A stretch of 64,000 nucleotides of DNA from IMG/VR virus record IMGVR_UViG_3300026336_000015; one strand, given 5' to 3'. The notes beneath the pieces are model-generated. The model did not search any database and was not told where the DNA came from. It worked only from the letters and a program-made list of their open reading frames with translations. Source of the DNA: an uncultured virus (IMG/VR IMGVR_UViG_3300026336_000015) (lineage: Duplodnaviria; Heunggongvirae; Uroviricota; Caudoviricetes). Position numbers and translations under genes: made by a program. Below are positions 8,296-18,340 of the stretch, piece by piece; within the stretch, counting starts at the first letter, position 1; each line of letters begins with the position of its first letter.

Positions 8296-8766
8296 ATGGT
8301 TTATCAGTGGAAGATGGAGAAATTGTACCCTGTTGATGCTCAGTTGGCAGGCGAAGAACTCGAAAGAATCGGAAACGAGAGCGGGGTAACAGCAAAAAAT
8401 GTTGTTGCCGCAAGTAAGCCAGAAGATGCTGTATTGCATCCCTGTTTTGAGTGGGACGACAAGACGGCGGCAGAACGGTGGCGCGAGCATCAGGCACGGA
8501 GAATGGTTGGCTCACTGGTTACAGTACACGTTGAGCAGAACGAAAACGAAAAATGCCACAGTACCAACGCAGTGAGGGCATTTGTCAATGTAAGCGGAGA
8601 CTATAAGCCGTTAATGACGGTGCTCAAAGTCAAAGAGTACAAGGAAGAAATGCTGGACAATGCCAAGCGTGATATGCGGGCGTTTGAGGACAAGTATTCA
8701 TCCCTAAAAGAATTGTCAGATGTGTTTCACGCCATGCACGATGTTGACGCTCAGGAGGCAGGATAA
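8296..8766 (+). CDS. Conserved phage hypothetical protein directly downstream of the array
   Basis: RBS AAGGAGG, ATG 8296; LHPCFEWDD..AAERWREHQAR motif. Confidence 0.8.
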   Translation: MVYQWKMEKLYPVDAQLAGEELERIGNESGVTAKNVVAASKPEDAVLHPCFEWDDKTAAERWREHQARRMVGSLVTVHVEQNENEKCHSTNAVRAFVNVSGDYKPLMTVLKVKEYKEEMLDNAKRDMRAFEDKYSSLKELSDVFHAMHDVDAQEAG

Positions 8767-8972
8767 TGACACTTGACCAGACCGTATTTTTCTGGATTGG
8801 GGTTGCATTTACGATTATCGCTCCGCTCTATCTGGCACGTCAAATTTGGAATAGGAGGAATGGAAAATGATTGAGGTACTTACGATTCTTGCCCCAGCAC
8901 TGATTGCACTGGCAGTGGCGGCGGCAGTAGACGATTACTATGACCGCAAGATAAAAGCCGGGGAGGCAAAGC

Positions 8973-9449
8973 ATGAGCAGCATAACGCTTGAAGAAAGTC
9001 AGGATAGGAGTGAGGCAAACAAACCGCAGTTGACCGTAGAAGAACTGGTTAAGACACTGCGGCAACATTGGAAAGGATGTGATGGCTGCGAACGTGATTG
9101 CGGTCCCTACAATGGAGATTGTGCACTTATGATTGAAGCCGCCGACGTGTTGGAATCCCTCGTTTCCAAGTGTAACGGATACAAGGACAAGTTTAAAGCC
9201 GCGCTTGCCGAAAATACCCGGCTGGCTGAAAAGATACCTCACTGGATTAGTGTTAATGACAGGCTGCCAGAACAATACAGTAATGTATTGATTTGCGACC
9301 AAAATGGGTGCGAATGGATTGGAAATTTGCATGAAGATAATCGGTGGCATTTTGATGAAGTTGACGAAATTACGCCTATGTGGCTAAATGCCAGTCGCTA
9401 TTGGATGCCCCTCCCAGAACCGCCGAAAGCAGGTGAAACCAATGCCTGA
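8973..9449 (+). CDS. DUF551-like phage protein
   Basis: WISVNDRLPE...YWMPLPEPP motif. Confidence 0.7.
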   Translation: MSSITLEESQDRSEANKPQLTVEELVKTLRQHWKGCDGCERDCGPYNGDCALMIEAADVLESLVSKCNGYKDKFKAALAENTRLAEKIPHWISVNDRLPEQYSNVLICDQNGCEWIGNLHEDNRWHFDEVDEITPMWLNASRYWMPLPEPPKAGETNA

Positions 9450-9705
9450 AAATGAGTACATTGAACTTGCAAAGCACTGCATCGGGCTTGATTATAAGAA
9501 GCCTTATCATCGGCACGGCAAAGCGTTTTACAAGCCATATCGCAACTACTTTGACTGTGGAGAAAAGCTGGATGAAGCTTGGGAAGTCTTAATAGCTGCT
9601 GGGTATGCAACAGATGATGGAAAAGGCTGCTGCTGGCTTACTCGTGATGGTCTGGACTGGTTAGGGGAAAAGCTCGGTATCACAATTTACAGCGAAATAA
9701 AATAG
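9442..9705 (+). CDS. Hypothetical phage protein
   Basis: ORF overlapping the previous stop; KPYRNYF motif. Confidence 0.6.
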   Translation: MPENEYIELAKHCIGLDYKKPYHRHGKAFYKPYRNYFDCGEKLDEAWEVLIAAGYATDDGKGCCWLTRDGLDWLGEKLGITIYSEIK

Positions 9706-9713
9706 GAGGAATA

Positions 9714-10109
9714 ATGATGCCTGAAAAATTGAAGCCGTGTCCGTTCTGCGGCGGGGAAGCAAGAATAATCGGATACCCACAGGGCAACGAAGTATTTGTC
9801 GAGTGCCGGAGTTGTGGGGTCATGACAGGTGCTAAGTTATCGAGAGGACAAGTTATTCTTGAGTGGAACCGCCGTGTCCAGCAGCCGAATGAGCCGCTGA
9901 CGGTGGACGAGCTGCGGCAGATGATAGGTCAGTGGGTATGGGTAGAGTCAAAAGACGTATTATGCCCTAATGGTTGGTACAGGGTAGAGCCGCAGTTCCG
10001 CGAAACGATTAGTCTGGCAGGTGTTGACGGTACAATTTATGAAACGTCAATTACTAACGGAGATAGCGCAGTTTACCGCCGCCCGCCGGAAGCAGGTGAA
10101 AAGGGATGA
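9714..10109 (+). CDS. Lar-family restriction alleviation-like zinc-finger protein
   Basis: LKPCPFCGGEA...VECRSC...WNRR. Confidence 0.7.
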   Translation: MMPEKLKPCPFCGGEARIIGYPQGNEVFVECRSCGVMTGAKLSRGQVILEWNRRVQQPNEPLTVDELRQMIGQWVWVESKDVLCPNGWYRVEPQFRETISLAGVDGTIYETSITNGDSAVYRRPPEAGEKG

Positions 10110-10711
10110 AACAGTCAGAACGGCCGGTTTGGAAAAAATCCATGCTGGAAAAGTTAGACTATGGCTCAATTACCAACTGGCTGTACGAAATCGGGGAAAA
10201 CGGTGATATGTACGGTTATGATGGCGGGGACGATGGTTATTATCAGGAATACAAAGAACTGTTCGACGACCTGTCAGACGGTGCTTACGTGCTGTTGGAA
10301 GCGCTAGAAGAGTCGAACGCCAGAGACAACTGGGACGATATGACCGTTGCTCTCCTGGGGCAGACGCAGAAAGTTTTGGGGTTTAATGCTGCCGAAGAGG
10401 ACTACTTTGGCATGCTAAATCGCGAGGAGGATTGGGCAGTCGAGGAGGCTAAAAAGCGGTTGGAACGCATGACAAAGGCCGACTTAATCAAAAATTTTCG
10501 GATGGTACTAGTCACTTTGGTATCGTTTTTTGACCTCAAAGCCGCTCACGACTGCCTAACCTCAATCGTGCAGGAACTGGACGAAAAAGGTGCATTGCTG
10601 GCGCAAAAGAATGAAAAAATTAATCAGATTTATGGCGACTTGACCGGTAAAAATGGCAAGCAATTTGACGATTTGATTGCCAATCTGCCACAAAGGATGT
10701 GGGTGGAATGA
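10106..10711 (+). CDS. Hypothetical acidic protein
   Basis: 201-aa ORF, translationally coupled. Confidence 0.6.
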   Translation: MKQSERPVWKKSMLEKLDYGSITNWLYEIGENGDMYGYDGGDDGYYQEYKELFDDLSDGAYVLLEALEESNARDNWDDMTVALLGQTQKVLGFNAAEEDYFGMLNREEDWAVEEAKKRLERMTKADLIKNFRMVLVTLVSFFDLKAAHDCLTSIVQELDEKGALLAQKNEKINQIYGDLTGKNGKQFDDLIANLPQRMWVE

Positions 10712-10892
10712 CATCCGCCGGAGCCCACCCTATGACCGCGGCGGACATCTGCCGTTTGTGCAGAATACATAAAGTATGCTGTTTCCAAAATAACTGCAAG
10801 AAGCTCAAGGCGAGAAAAGGCAGAATTGAGGAGTATTCATTTCGCGCGGCAGTCAGAGAAAACCATAACAGGATAGAAAGGATGTGTAAATA

Positions 10893-11414
10893 GTGGGACT
10901 CATAACGTGCGCACGCTGCGGTAGAAAGCTCAAATCTCCGGCGGCGGTGGCTGCGGGGTACGGTTCCTGCTGCTACCGCAAGGAGTTCGGCACTTCGCTT
11001 CCCGGCGCTGGCGGTTCTCACAGCAGCAGCCGGACAAGAAGCTCGTCTGGAAGCCGTCGCCGGACAGCAGCCAAAGCGGATGTCCCGGAAACAGTAGGTC
11101 CGGTCGGTCCGCTGTTCCAGCACGACATTATCTGCAGCCGGGACGCAGACGGAAAACCGCAGGTAAACGTGACGGAGCGTGTACATAGCCAAAGTAGCGG
11201 CTTCGACTGGGGCGCTCCGATGGACAAGCAAACAAACCTTGCACTGAATATTTTGTCCGCATTTGTTGGACAGGAGGCGGCCGAAAAGGATGGGCTGTAT
11301 CTCACATTCAGAGATGCTTTCATTTCTACAATGCCGCCGGAGGGCGGAACAATAAAAAAAGAAGCAATCCTTGCTTGGATTACTTCTCATGGAGTTGGTG
11401 AGATTGATGGGTGA
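10893..11414 (+). CDS. DUF6011-like Zn-finger protein
   Basis: CARCGRKLKSP...GYGSCC. Confidence 0.55.
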   Translation: MGLITCARCGRKLKSPAAVAAGYGSCCYRKEFGTSLPGAGGSHSSSRTRSSSGSRRRTAAKADVPETVGPVGPLFQHDIICSRDADGKPQVNVTERVHSQSSGFDWGAPMDKQTNLALNILSAFVGQEAAEKDGLYLTFRDAFISTMPPEGGTIKKEAILAWITSHGVGEIDG

Positions 11415-11718
11415 GCATACCACACAGCACGCAAGTGAAATGTACGAACTGCTGGTGCGCGGCGATTATCGCAATCCAATTCAGGTTATGGACGCGATTC
11501 GGGACGTTCAGCACCACGGTACAGCGCAGATAGGCAGCAGCAGCCTTTCGACATTTAAGGATGCCGCAGGGAATGAACATTTGAGAGTCGTTATGTAGGA
11601 GCAAATATGGCAATATGGCATAAAAAAGCGCCGACCGAAACGGCCGACACTCACCCAAACCATATTGTATCACTACTTAGCTAAAGAAACAAGACTTTTT
11701 AGTCAATGGAGGTACAAG

Positions 11719-12870
11719 ATGAACAGCAATAATAATGCACTCGCCGAAATTAACCAGAAGTATGCAGGATGCAATCTGCTCATGCCTATGAGCGTTTCTG
11801 CTCAGATGTCACCATTTTATAAGGTGACCGTGATGCAGGTTCAGGCAGACACTTCCGATAATTCCGGCGACATTTTTAAGGTCGGAAGCACAAAAGTCGG
11901 AAAAACATGGGAGAATGTTTACTCTCCGGCCAAACCGCTGCTGATGAAGATAGCGGCTGCCGCCGGTATCCAGTTTGACCCAACCCACACTGGCGGTGAA
12001 TATGTCAACGGTGACAAGAACGTTTACCGCGGACGAGCATACGGTGCTATGAAAGAACCGGACGGCACATGGAAAACCCATGCGGATGAAAAAATCATAA
12101 ACCTGCATGATGCAGAGGACAACTACCGGCTTGAATTTATGGACAAATGCTTAAAGGGCATTACAGATGAAAAGCAGGCAAAGGCTGCTGCCGATATGTT
12201 TCAAGGGGAATGGAAGCCAACCAAGAACAAATATGGCGACCAAGTAAATGCCTTTTTCGTGGCTAAGCAAGACCAGCAGCAGTACATAGAGCGCGGCATC
12301 CTGGTAAACATGACGCTGCTGCGTAAAACCATGTGTGAGAAAGCGCTGACCGGAGCAATCCTCCGCACGATTCGGGCACTGACCGGACTGAAAGGAACTT
12401 ACACGATAGGGGAGCTCAAAAAGCCGTTTGCAATCCCGCGCGTGACATTCTCTCCGGATTACAACGACCCGCAGATTCGTGCCGCCGTGCTGCGGCAGGG
12501 AATCAGTGCGACATCCGAGCTTTTCGGAAGCGCTCCAGAGGCGGCGGCACCAGTACTGAATGACAGTATGCCGTCAGTACCAGATAGCACGTTTAGTCCG
12601 GAAGCCTTTGCGGACAATCCGGCATTTGCTTCGGAGAATGTTGACGGTGCACTCCCTGAGCCGCAGCAGAAGATGGATATGCCACAGGCTCGACAGCCTG
12701 AACCGGCAACGCAGAACCGCCCCGCAAGCAACCAGAGTCAGGCCGCCGAAGATGATGCAATGCTTTGCGAAATGTGCGGTCGGCCGGTATCTCCGGCAGT
12801 TTATAAATTTTCCGTCAACAAGTATGGCCGTCCGCTCTGCATGGATTGCCAGAAGGAGGTGCAGGGATAA
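11719..12870 (+). CDS. Hypothetical recombination-module protein with C-terminal Zn finger
   Basis: RBS GGAGG; CEMC...LCMDCQ C-terminus; directly precedes SbcCD. Confidence 0.6.
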   Translation: MNSNNNALAEINQKYAGCNLLMPMSVSAQMSPFYKVTVMQVQADTSDNSGDIFKVGSTKVGKTWENVYSPAKPLLMKIAAAAGIQFDPTHTGGEYVNGDKNVYRGRAYGAMKEPDGTWKTHADEKIINLHDAEDNYRLEFMDKCLKGITDEKQAKAAADMFQGEWKPTKNKYGDQVNAFFVAKQDQQQYIERGILVNMTLLRKTMCEKALTGAILRTIRALTGLKGTYTIGELKKPFAIPRVTFSPDYNDPQIRAAVLRQGISATSELFGSAPEAAAPVLNDSMPSVPDSTFSPEAFADNPAFASENVDGALPEPQQKMDMPQARQPEPATQNRPASNQSQAAEDDAMLCEMCGRPVSPAVYKFSVNKYGRPLCMDCQKEVQG

Positions 12871-15800
12871 TGAAAGCTCTTCATACAGCAGATTGGCACT
12901 TGGGCAAGTTCCCCGGTCCCGCCGACCAGAACGGAGCAAATCTCCGCTCACTTGACACTGTTAATTGCATTGACAGCATGATAGCGTCCGCCAGAAAAGA
13001 ACTTCCGGATGTGATACTGGTTTCCGGTGATATCTTCCACCAAGCCCGCGTATGGGCAGACCGTGGACTGGAAGAAGTCCAGACAGCTATTCAGAAGATA
13101 GAGCAGCTGAACATGATTGCTCCGGTGGTGGTAATGCGCGGTACGCCAAATCATGACGGCTCTGAACAGTTCCACGCTTTGCAAAGCTACTTTGAAAATA
13201 GTCCTGATGTATATGTGGTAACAGAGCCTAAAACATTTCAGGTCGCTGGCGTCAATGTTTCCTGCCTTCCGGGATTTGACCGCGGCGTGTTCCGTGCCCA
13301 GCATCCCGGCCTTTCCAAAGAAGATGAGTGCCGGGTATTTACGGAGGAAATCAGCAAGATTGTCCTCGGGCTGAGGGCACAGTGCCAGCCGGGACTGAAA
13401 TCCGTGCTGATGGCACATTACACTGTGCCGGGATGCAATACGGAGAGCGGACAGACGCAGTTCTTCTCACAATTTGAGCCGGTTCTAATGCCGGAAACAC
13501 TGGATACAGCGGGTTATGACTTGGTGGCGTTAGGCCACATCCACCGCCCGCAGCAGCTTGAAAGCTGCCGGAACGCCTTCTACTGCGGATCTATTAATGC
13601 CATGAACTTCAACGACGAGGGACAGCAGAGGGGATTTTACATACACGACCTTGATGCCGGAACGCATGATTTCATTACGACACCGGCGCGACAGTTTGAA
13701 ACATTTCGCTTCACTCAAACGGACATTGACGGTATCAATGCCGGTGCAATTGCTGATGTAGCGAATAACTATTTTGGCAGCGTAAAAGGGGAAATCGTCA
13801 GAGTGCTGTATTCCTGCTCCGAGAGTGCACATAAGGCTTTTAACCGGGCAGTACTGGAGGACAGGCTTTATCGAGACGGCGCCTTTTGGGTGTCCAGTAT
13901 TGAGCCGGAAAAGGTTGAAATCGGGACAAATAAGGACGAACTTTCCGAAAAGACAGACCCGGAAAAGAACCTGCTGCACTATCTGAAAGAAAAAGGTATT
14001 CCGGATGAGAAAATTGCGCCGATTATCGAAGCAGCGAATCCTATTATTGAGGACGCAATGGAAGGAAACATGGCGGCACGGTATACCGGCGCCTTTGTTC
14101 CGATGGACATATCTGTCAAGAATTACCGCAACTATGAGGAAGAAAGTTTTGACTTCACGGACATTTCTTTCTGTACAATCAACGGCATCAACGGCGCTGG
14201 CAAGAGCAGCCTGTTCATGGATGCCATCCTTGACTGCCTGTTTGAGGAACCGCGAGAGGGAGACCTGACCGGCTGGATTCGGGCAGACGAAAAAGCGCAC
14301 AGCGGCTCCATTTGCTTTACTTTTTCGATTGGAGAGCACGTCTTCCGTGTTACCCGCACCCGCACAAAGTCAGGAAAAGCCACCCTAAATATTTCGGAAG
14401 CGGTCAATGGGGAGTGGCAGGATCGCTCCCGCGAGAAAATCAAGGACACGCAGGGTGTCATTGAGAACGTGATTGGTATGGACAGCCTGACGTTCCGCAG
14501 TTGTGCACTCATTATGCAGGACCAGTACGGATTGTTTCTCCAAGCGAGTAAGGAAGACCGCATGACAATCCTCGGAAATATCCTTGGCCTTGGTGTATAT
14601 GAGGATATGGCGAAGTTGGCAAAGGACGAGGTCACGGATACAAACAGAGAAATTGCGCAGAAAAAGGCCGTGATTACCAACCTGTCCGAAAACGGCAGAA
14701 TTGCTGAACACCACCAGTCCATAACGGACGTAATCAACCAGTTGGAAATAGATTCCGCCAGCGCAAAAAAGGAACTTGACGAAGCTACAAAGCGTAAGGA
14801 TGCCGAAATTTTGAAGCTTGCACAGTGCAAAGAAGCTGCTGAACGTAAGCGGAAAATTGATGCAGAGTATCAAGACGTTACTTTAAAGATGGGAACGTTG
14901 AGTAAAAACGTCCTGGAAGAGAAGGCCATTGTTGAGGATGCCGATAAAATCCTTTCCGCTGCTGCCACAATCCATGCGGAGGCAGCACGCTTGCCGAAAC
15001 TCACCGAACAGGAAAAGACACTGCTGCAGCAGCAGGCTACTTTGAAAACGAAGTGTGAAGCCACAGCGGCGCTAAAAAGCCAGCTTGCACAGAACAAAGC
15101 AAAAGCGGAGCAACTGTTACGCGATAAGGAAAGAACGGATAATAACATCCTGCAGCGTGGTCGCGAATGGCAGGAAGCCAATGCCTGCAAAGAAGATGCT
15201 GCTGCATATGCAGCAATTCAGCCACAGATTTCAGAGATGGAAAACCGTGAAAAGGAATATCGGGAAGCAAAGAGTCGCCTTGACACTACTAAATCTGCAT
15301 TTATAGATGTCAAATCGTCCTTTGACATTGAGGCGGCACGCCGCAAGCAGCGTGTTGAACACCTGCAGAGCCGGGCAAAGCTGCTTAAGGACAGCCAGTG
15401 TGTTGACCCTGAGAACGCCCAGTGCAGGTTTCTTGCAGATGCAAAAGCGGCCAAAAAGGAACTGGAAACCTATGTGCCGCAGTGCACCACATGGAAGAAT
15501 GAACAGCTCAGTGCACTCGGGAAGAACCAGGAACAGATTAACGTTCTTACTTCTGCACTTAATGCGGTTGGATATAATGCGGATACGCTTACGCAGCTTC
15601 GACAGCGGGCAGACTCGCTTAGGGCAAAGGCCGATATGTACAAACAGGCAGCGTTGTATGATGAAATGCTCAAGTCTGAAAAACAGGCGGCTGAAAAAAT
15701 TGAGACTGACATTACAGTAACCAACGCGGATATTGCAAAATTGCAGAAGCAGTTGTCAGATTCAGAAAATCTGGATTCCAGCTTAACTGAAATTGATAAG

Positions 15801-16706
15801 CAGTTGTTTACCCTGAAAGCAAGCATTATGGACGCTCACCAGTGGATCGAAAAAGAAAAGAAGCTGCCTGCCGCCGAGGAACGCAAAAAGGCAGCAGAGA
15901 AGCGCATTGGGGAGCTGAACAAGGAAGTATCTGAATGCAGTACGAAACAGCTTGCGCTCAAGCAGGAGAGCAACAAGATGCTTGCAGGATTAGAAGATGA
16001 GGGCGACCTTTCGCGTAAAGCTGGTTCAGCAATGATTGATGTAAAAATAGCGCAAGACAAACTGAATGAGCTTAACAAGTCCTTGGGAGTTTATGAAGAG
16101 CAACTGCGGCTGAACGAAAAGACGCAGGAAGAAATCAAGCGCCAGCAGAAGCAAGTAAATATGTTGGCGCGGGAATCTGAAACATTCAGTATCCTGAAAT
16201 CTGCATTTTCGCAGGACGGCATTCCGCACAACATCATCAAATCCATGTTGCCAATGCTGACCTCAACGGCCAACACAATACTTGGGCAAATGACTGGAGG
16301 TCGGATGGGTATGGAGTTCATCACGGACAAAGTGCTGAAATCCAACAGCAAAAAGGAAGTTGCGACATTGGATATCATTATCAATGAGTACGGCAAAGAC
16401 AGTCTGCCGTATCTCTCCAAGTCCGGCGGAGAAAAGGTTAAGGCTTCGCTTTCAGCAATCCTATCGCTGGCTGAAATCAAGAGCAGCCAGGCCGGAATCC
16501 AACTCGGAATGCTGTTTATTGACGAACCGCCGTTCCTTGACGCTGATGGCATACAGGCTTACTGCGACGCCCTCCAAACCATCCAGAGCCGGTACAGCAG
16601 ATTGAAAGTTATGGCAATAACCCATGACCCTGAAATGAAATCTCGGTTCCCGCAGAGCATTGATATTGTTAAGGATGCCAGCGGAAGCCATGTACTAACA
16701 GATTGA
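12870..16706 (+). CDS. Fused SbcD (Mre11 phosphoesterase) - SbcC (Rad50/SMC ATPase)
   Basis: HTADWHLG, GDIFH, NHD, LGHIH; Walker A GINGAGKSS; long coiled coil; SGGE signature; LFIDEP; ITH. Confidence 0.9.
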   Translation: MKALHTADWHLGKFPGPADQNGANLRSLDTVNCIDSMIASARKELPDVILVSGDIFHQARVWADRGLEEVQTAIQKIEQLNMIAPVVVMRGTPNHDGSEQFHALQSYFENSPDVYVVTEPKTFQVAGVNVSCLPGFDRGVFRAQHPGLSKEDECRVFTEEISKIVLGLRAQCQPGLKSVLMAHYTVPGCNTESGQTQFFSQFEPVLMPETLDTAGYDLVALGHIHRPQQLESCRNAFYCGSINAMNFNDEGQQRGFYIHDLDAGTHDFITTPARQFETFRFTQTDIDGINAGAIADVANNYFGSVKGEIVRVLYSCSESAHKAFNRAVLEDRLYRDGAFWVSSIEPEKVEIGTNKDELSEKTDPEKNLLHYLKEKGIPDEKIAPIIEAANPIIEDAMEGNMAARYTGAFVPMDISVKNYRNYEEESFDFTDISFCTINGINGAGKSSLFMDAILDCLFEEPREGDLTGWIRADEKAHSGSICFTFSIGEHVFRVTRTRTKSGKATLNISEAVNGEWQDRSREKIKDTQGVIENVIGMDSLTFRSCALIMQDQYGLFLQASKEDRMTILGNILGLGVYEDMAKLAKDEVTDTNREIAQKKAVITNLSENGRIAEHHQSITDVINQLEIDSASAKKELDEATKRKDAEILKLAQCKEAAERKRKIDAEYQDVTLKMGTLSKNVLEEKAIVEDADKILSAAATIHAEAARLPKLTEQEKTLLQQQATLKTKCEATAALKSQLAQNKAKAEQLLRDKERTDNNILQRGREWQEANACKEDAAAYAAIQPQISEMENREKEYREAKSRLDTTKSAFIDVKSSFDIEAARRKQRVEHLQSRAKLLKDSQCVDPENAQCRFLADAKAAKKELETYVPQCTTWKNEQLSALGKNQEQINVLTSALNAVGYNADTLTQLRQRADSLRAKADMYKQAALYDEMLKSEKQAAEKIETDITVTNADIAKLQKQLSDSENLDSSLTEIDKQLFTLKASIMDAHQWIEKEKKLPAAEERKKAAEKRIGELNKEVSECSTKQLALKQESNKMLAGLEDEGDLSRKAGSAMIDVKIAQDKLNELNKSLGVYEEQLRLNEKTQEEIKRQQKQVNMLARESETFSILKSAFSQDGIPHNIIKSMLPMLTSTANTILGQMTGGRMGMEFITDKVLKSNSKKEVATLDIIINEYGKDSLPYLSKSGGEKVKASLSAILSLAEIKSSQAGIQLGMLFIDEPPFLDADGIQAYCDALQTIQSRYSRLKVMAITHDPEMKSRFPQSIDIVKDASGSHVLTD

Positions 16707-16782
16707 GGGTGACAAGTATGTGCTTTTCAGCAAGGCCGCCCCCCTGCCGCTCTTCTACTATTGATAGAAAGGGGGGATTACT

Positions 16783-17517
16783 CTGAATTATATCTCCGAG
16801 ATACGGGCGTTTTATGATTGGGTTCAGTTCAATTCATTGCCGGCTGATGCACAAGCCTTATGGCACGCTCTGATGTACTTAAACAATCGGTGCGCGGTTT
16901 GTATTAATGGTAATTGGGCATGGCGGGTTGAATTTACAGTTTCCAATACAACGCTGTTATCAATATTAAAATTCTCTCGACAGCAATTAGACCGTATGAG
17001 AAACGCTCTAATTCAGATGGGACGAATTGAATATAAAAAAGGACGAGGAAATCAGAGTGGAACTTATAAGATGATTCCTTTTGATGCTAATAATGTTACA
17101 CAAACCGTTACACAACCTGTTACACATTCTGGTACACAACCTGTTACACAAACCGTTACGCAAGTATGGCACATTAATAATAATAATCTTAATCCTAATT
17201 TCAATTCCAATAATTATGATGTTGATGATGATGCCGCGGGCGCGGATGTACGCGACGAAGCGGGAAAACTGCTGACCCCGAAAATCCTTTTTTCAGAGTG
17301 CTTCCAAAAAGAACCTGCTCCGTTTGAGAGTAAACGCTGCGACCAGCTTCTGCATTTGCATGATCCTGACCTGGTGGAATATGCTTTTGAACGGTCTGCT
17401 GAAATGGGGCAAAAAACTCTGGCGTATGTGCAGGGAATCTTAAACCGCATGGCTCAACGCGGTATACACGACATGGGGGACTTGGCAGACTGGGATATGA
17501 AGGCAGGTGATATATAG
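16783..17517 (+). CDS. Replication initiator with DnaD-like C-terminal domain (probable CTG start)
   Basis: In-frame CTG 16783 after RBS AAAGGGGGG gives MNYISEIRAFYDW; YVQGILNR DnaD motif; internal iterons. Confidence 0.8.
   Translation: MNYISEIRAFYDWVQFNSLPADAQALWHALMYLNNRCAVCINGNWAWRVEFTVSNTTLLSILKFSRQQLDRMRNALIQMGRIEYKKGRGNQSGTYKMIPFDANNVTQTVTQPVTHSGTQPVTQTVTQVWHINNNNLNPNFNSNNYDVDDDAAGADVRDEAGKLLTPKILFSECFQKEPAPFESKRCDQLLHLHDPDLVEYAFERSAEMGQKTLAYVQGILNRMAQRGIHDMGDLADWDMKAGDI
17095..17220 (+). repeat. Six tandem 12-bp iterons plus AT-rich tract (putative phage ori)
   Basis: GTTACACAAACC-like x6 at 17095-17166, followed by a TAA-rich tract. Confidence 0.75.
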
Positions 17518-17518
17518 C

Positions 17519-18340
17519 GTGAGTCATTCAATACGAACCCGGACAGATGTTGAAAAAGAGTTCGTTAAGATTTTTAGTCAAATGACCAACGAACATCAAA
17601 GTTGGGAAGTGTGGTCTGATTTTTGCTACATGGCCGCTGCTGCAATATCAAATTCAGTGGACAAGGTATCGGCACCGGGACGCGAAAAGCAATACCTGCA
17701 GATAATCAGGAAATACCGTAAACCACATCAGGAGAATTTTTCAAGGCTGCTTGCATTGGTAGTTGAGGCACTGAACGCTAATCCAGATCAAGACTTTCTC
17801 GGCGAGCTGTTTATGGCATTGGAACTCGGGAACCATTGGACAGGCCAGTTTTTCACGCCGTACAGTGTGACACGAATGATGGCGGCCATGATATTTGGTG
17901 ATGGGTTGAAAGAGCAGATTAGGCATGACGGCTATGTCAGTGTGTCAGACCCGGCGTGTGGGGCAGGAGCAACGCTCATGGCTTTTGCAAACGAATGTCA
18001 GCGGCGGGAAATCAATTACCAGCAGAATGTGATTTTCGTGGCGCAGGATATCGACCAGACCGCAGCGCTGATGTGCTACATCCAAATGAGCTTGCTGGGT
18101 TGTCCCGGATACGTGACTATTGACGATACGCTGGCGCATCCGCAAACAGGTAACCCGCTGTTCATGCAGCCGGCAGATAATGTTTGGCTGACACCTTTCT
18201 ATTTTTCGCAGGTGTGGCAGCAGCGGCGGGCAGTGAAAATGTTAGACCGGCTGATTCGGACAAATCAACCGGATAAGCCAAAGGAAGAATTTTTCTTCTT
18301 TACGTTCCAGAAAGGAGCAGAAAATGTCAGAAGTTATTGA
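17519..18340 (+). CDS. N-6 adenine DNA methyltransferase-like protein
   Basis: GQFFTPY and VSDPACGAG motifs. Confidence 0.8.
   Translation: MSHSIRTRTDVEKEFVKIFSQMTNEHQSWEVWSDFCYMAAAAISNSVDKVSAPGREKQYLQIIRKYRKPHQENFSRLLALVVEALNANPDQDFLGELFMALELGNHWTGQFFTPYSVTRMMAAMIFGDGLKEQIRHDGYVSVSDPACGAGATLMAFANECQRREINYQQNVIFVAQDIDQTAALMCYIQMSLLGCPGYVTIDDTLAHPQTGNPLFMQPADNVWLTPFYFSQVWQQRRAVKMLDRLIRTNQPDKPKEEFFFFTFQKGAENVRSY

Noticed and set aside
7445..8515. 356-aa minus-strand ORF and the 8191 upstream extension of the 8296 gene
   Set aside because: Artefacts of the stop-poor 5-nt periodic array; they overlap real plus-strand genes, and the RBS supports ATG 8296
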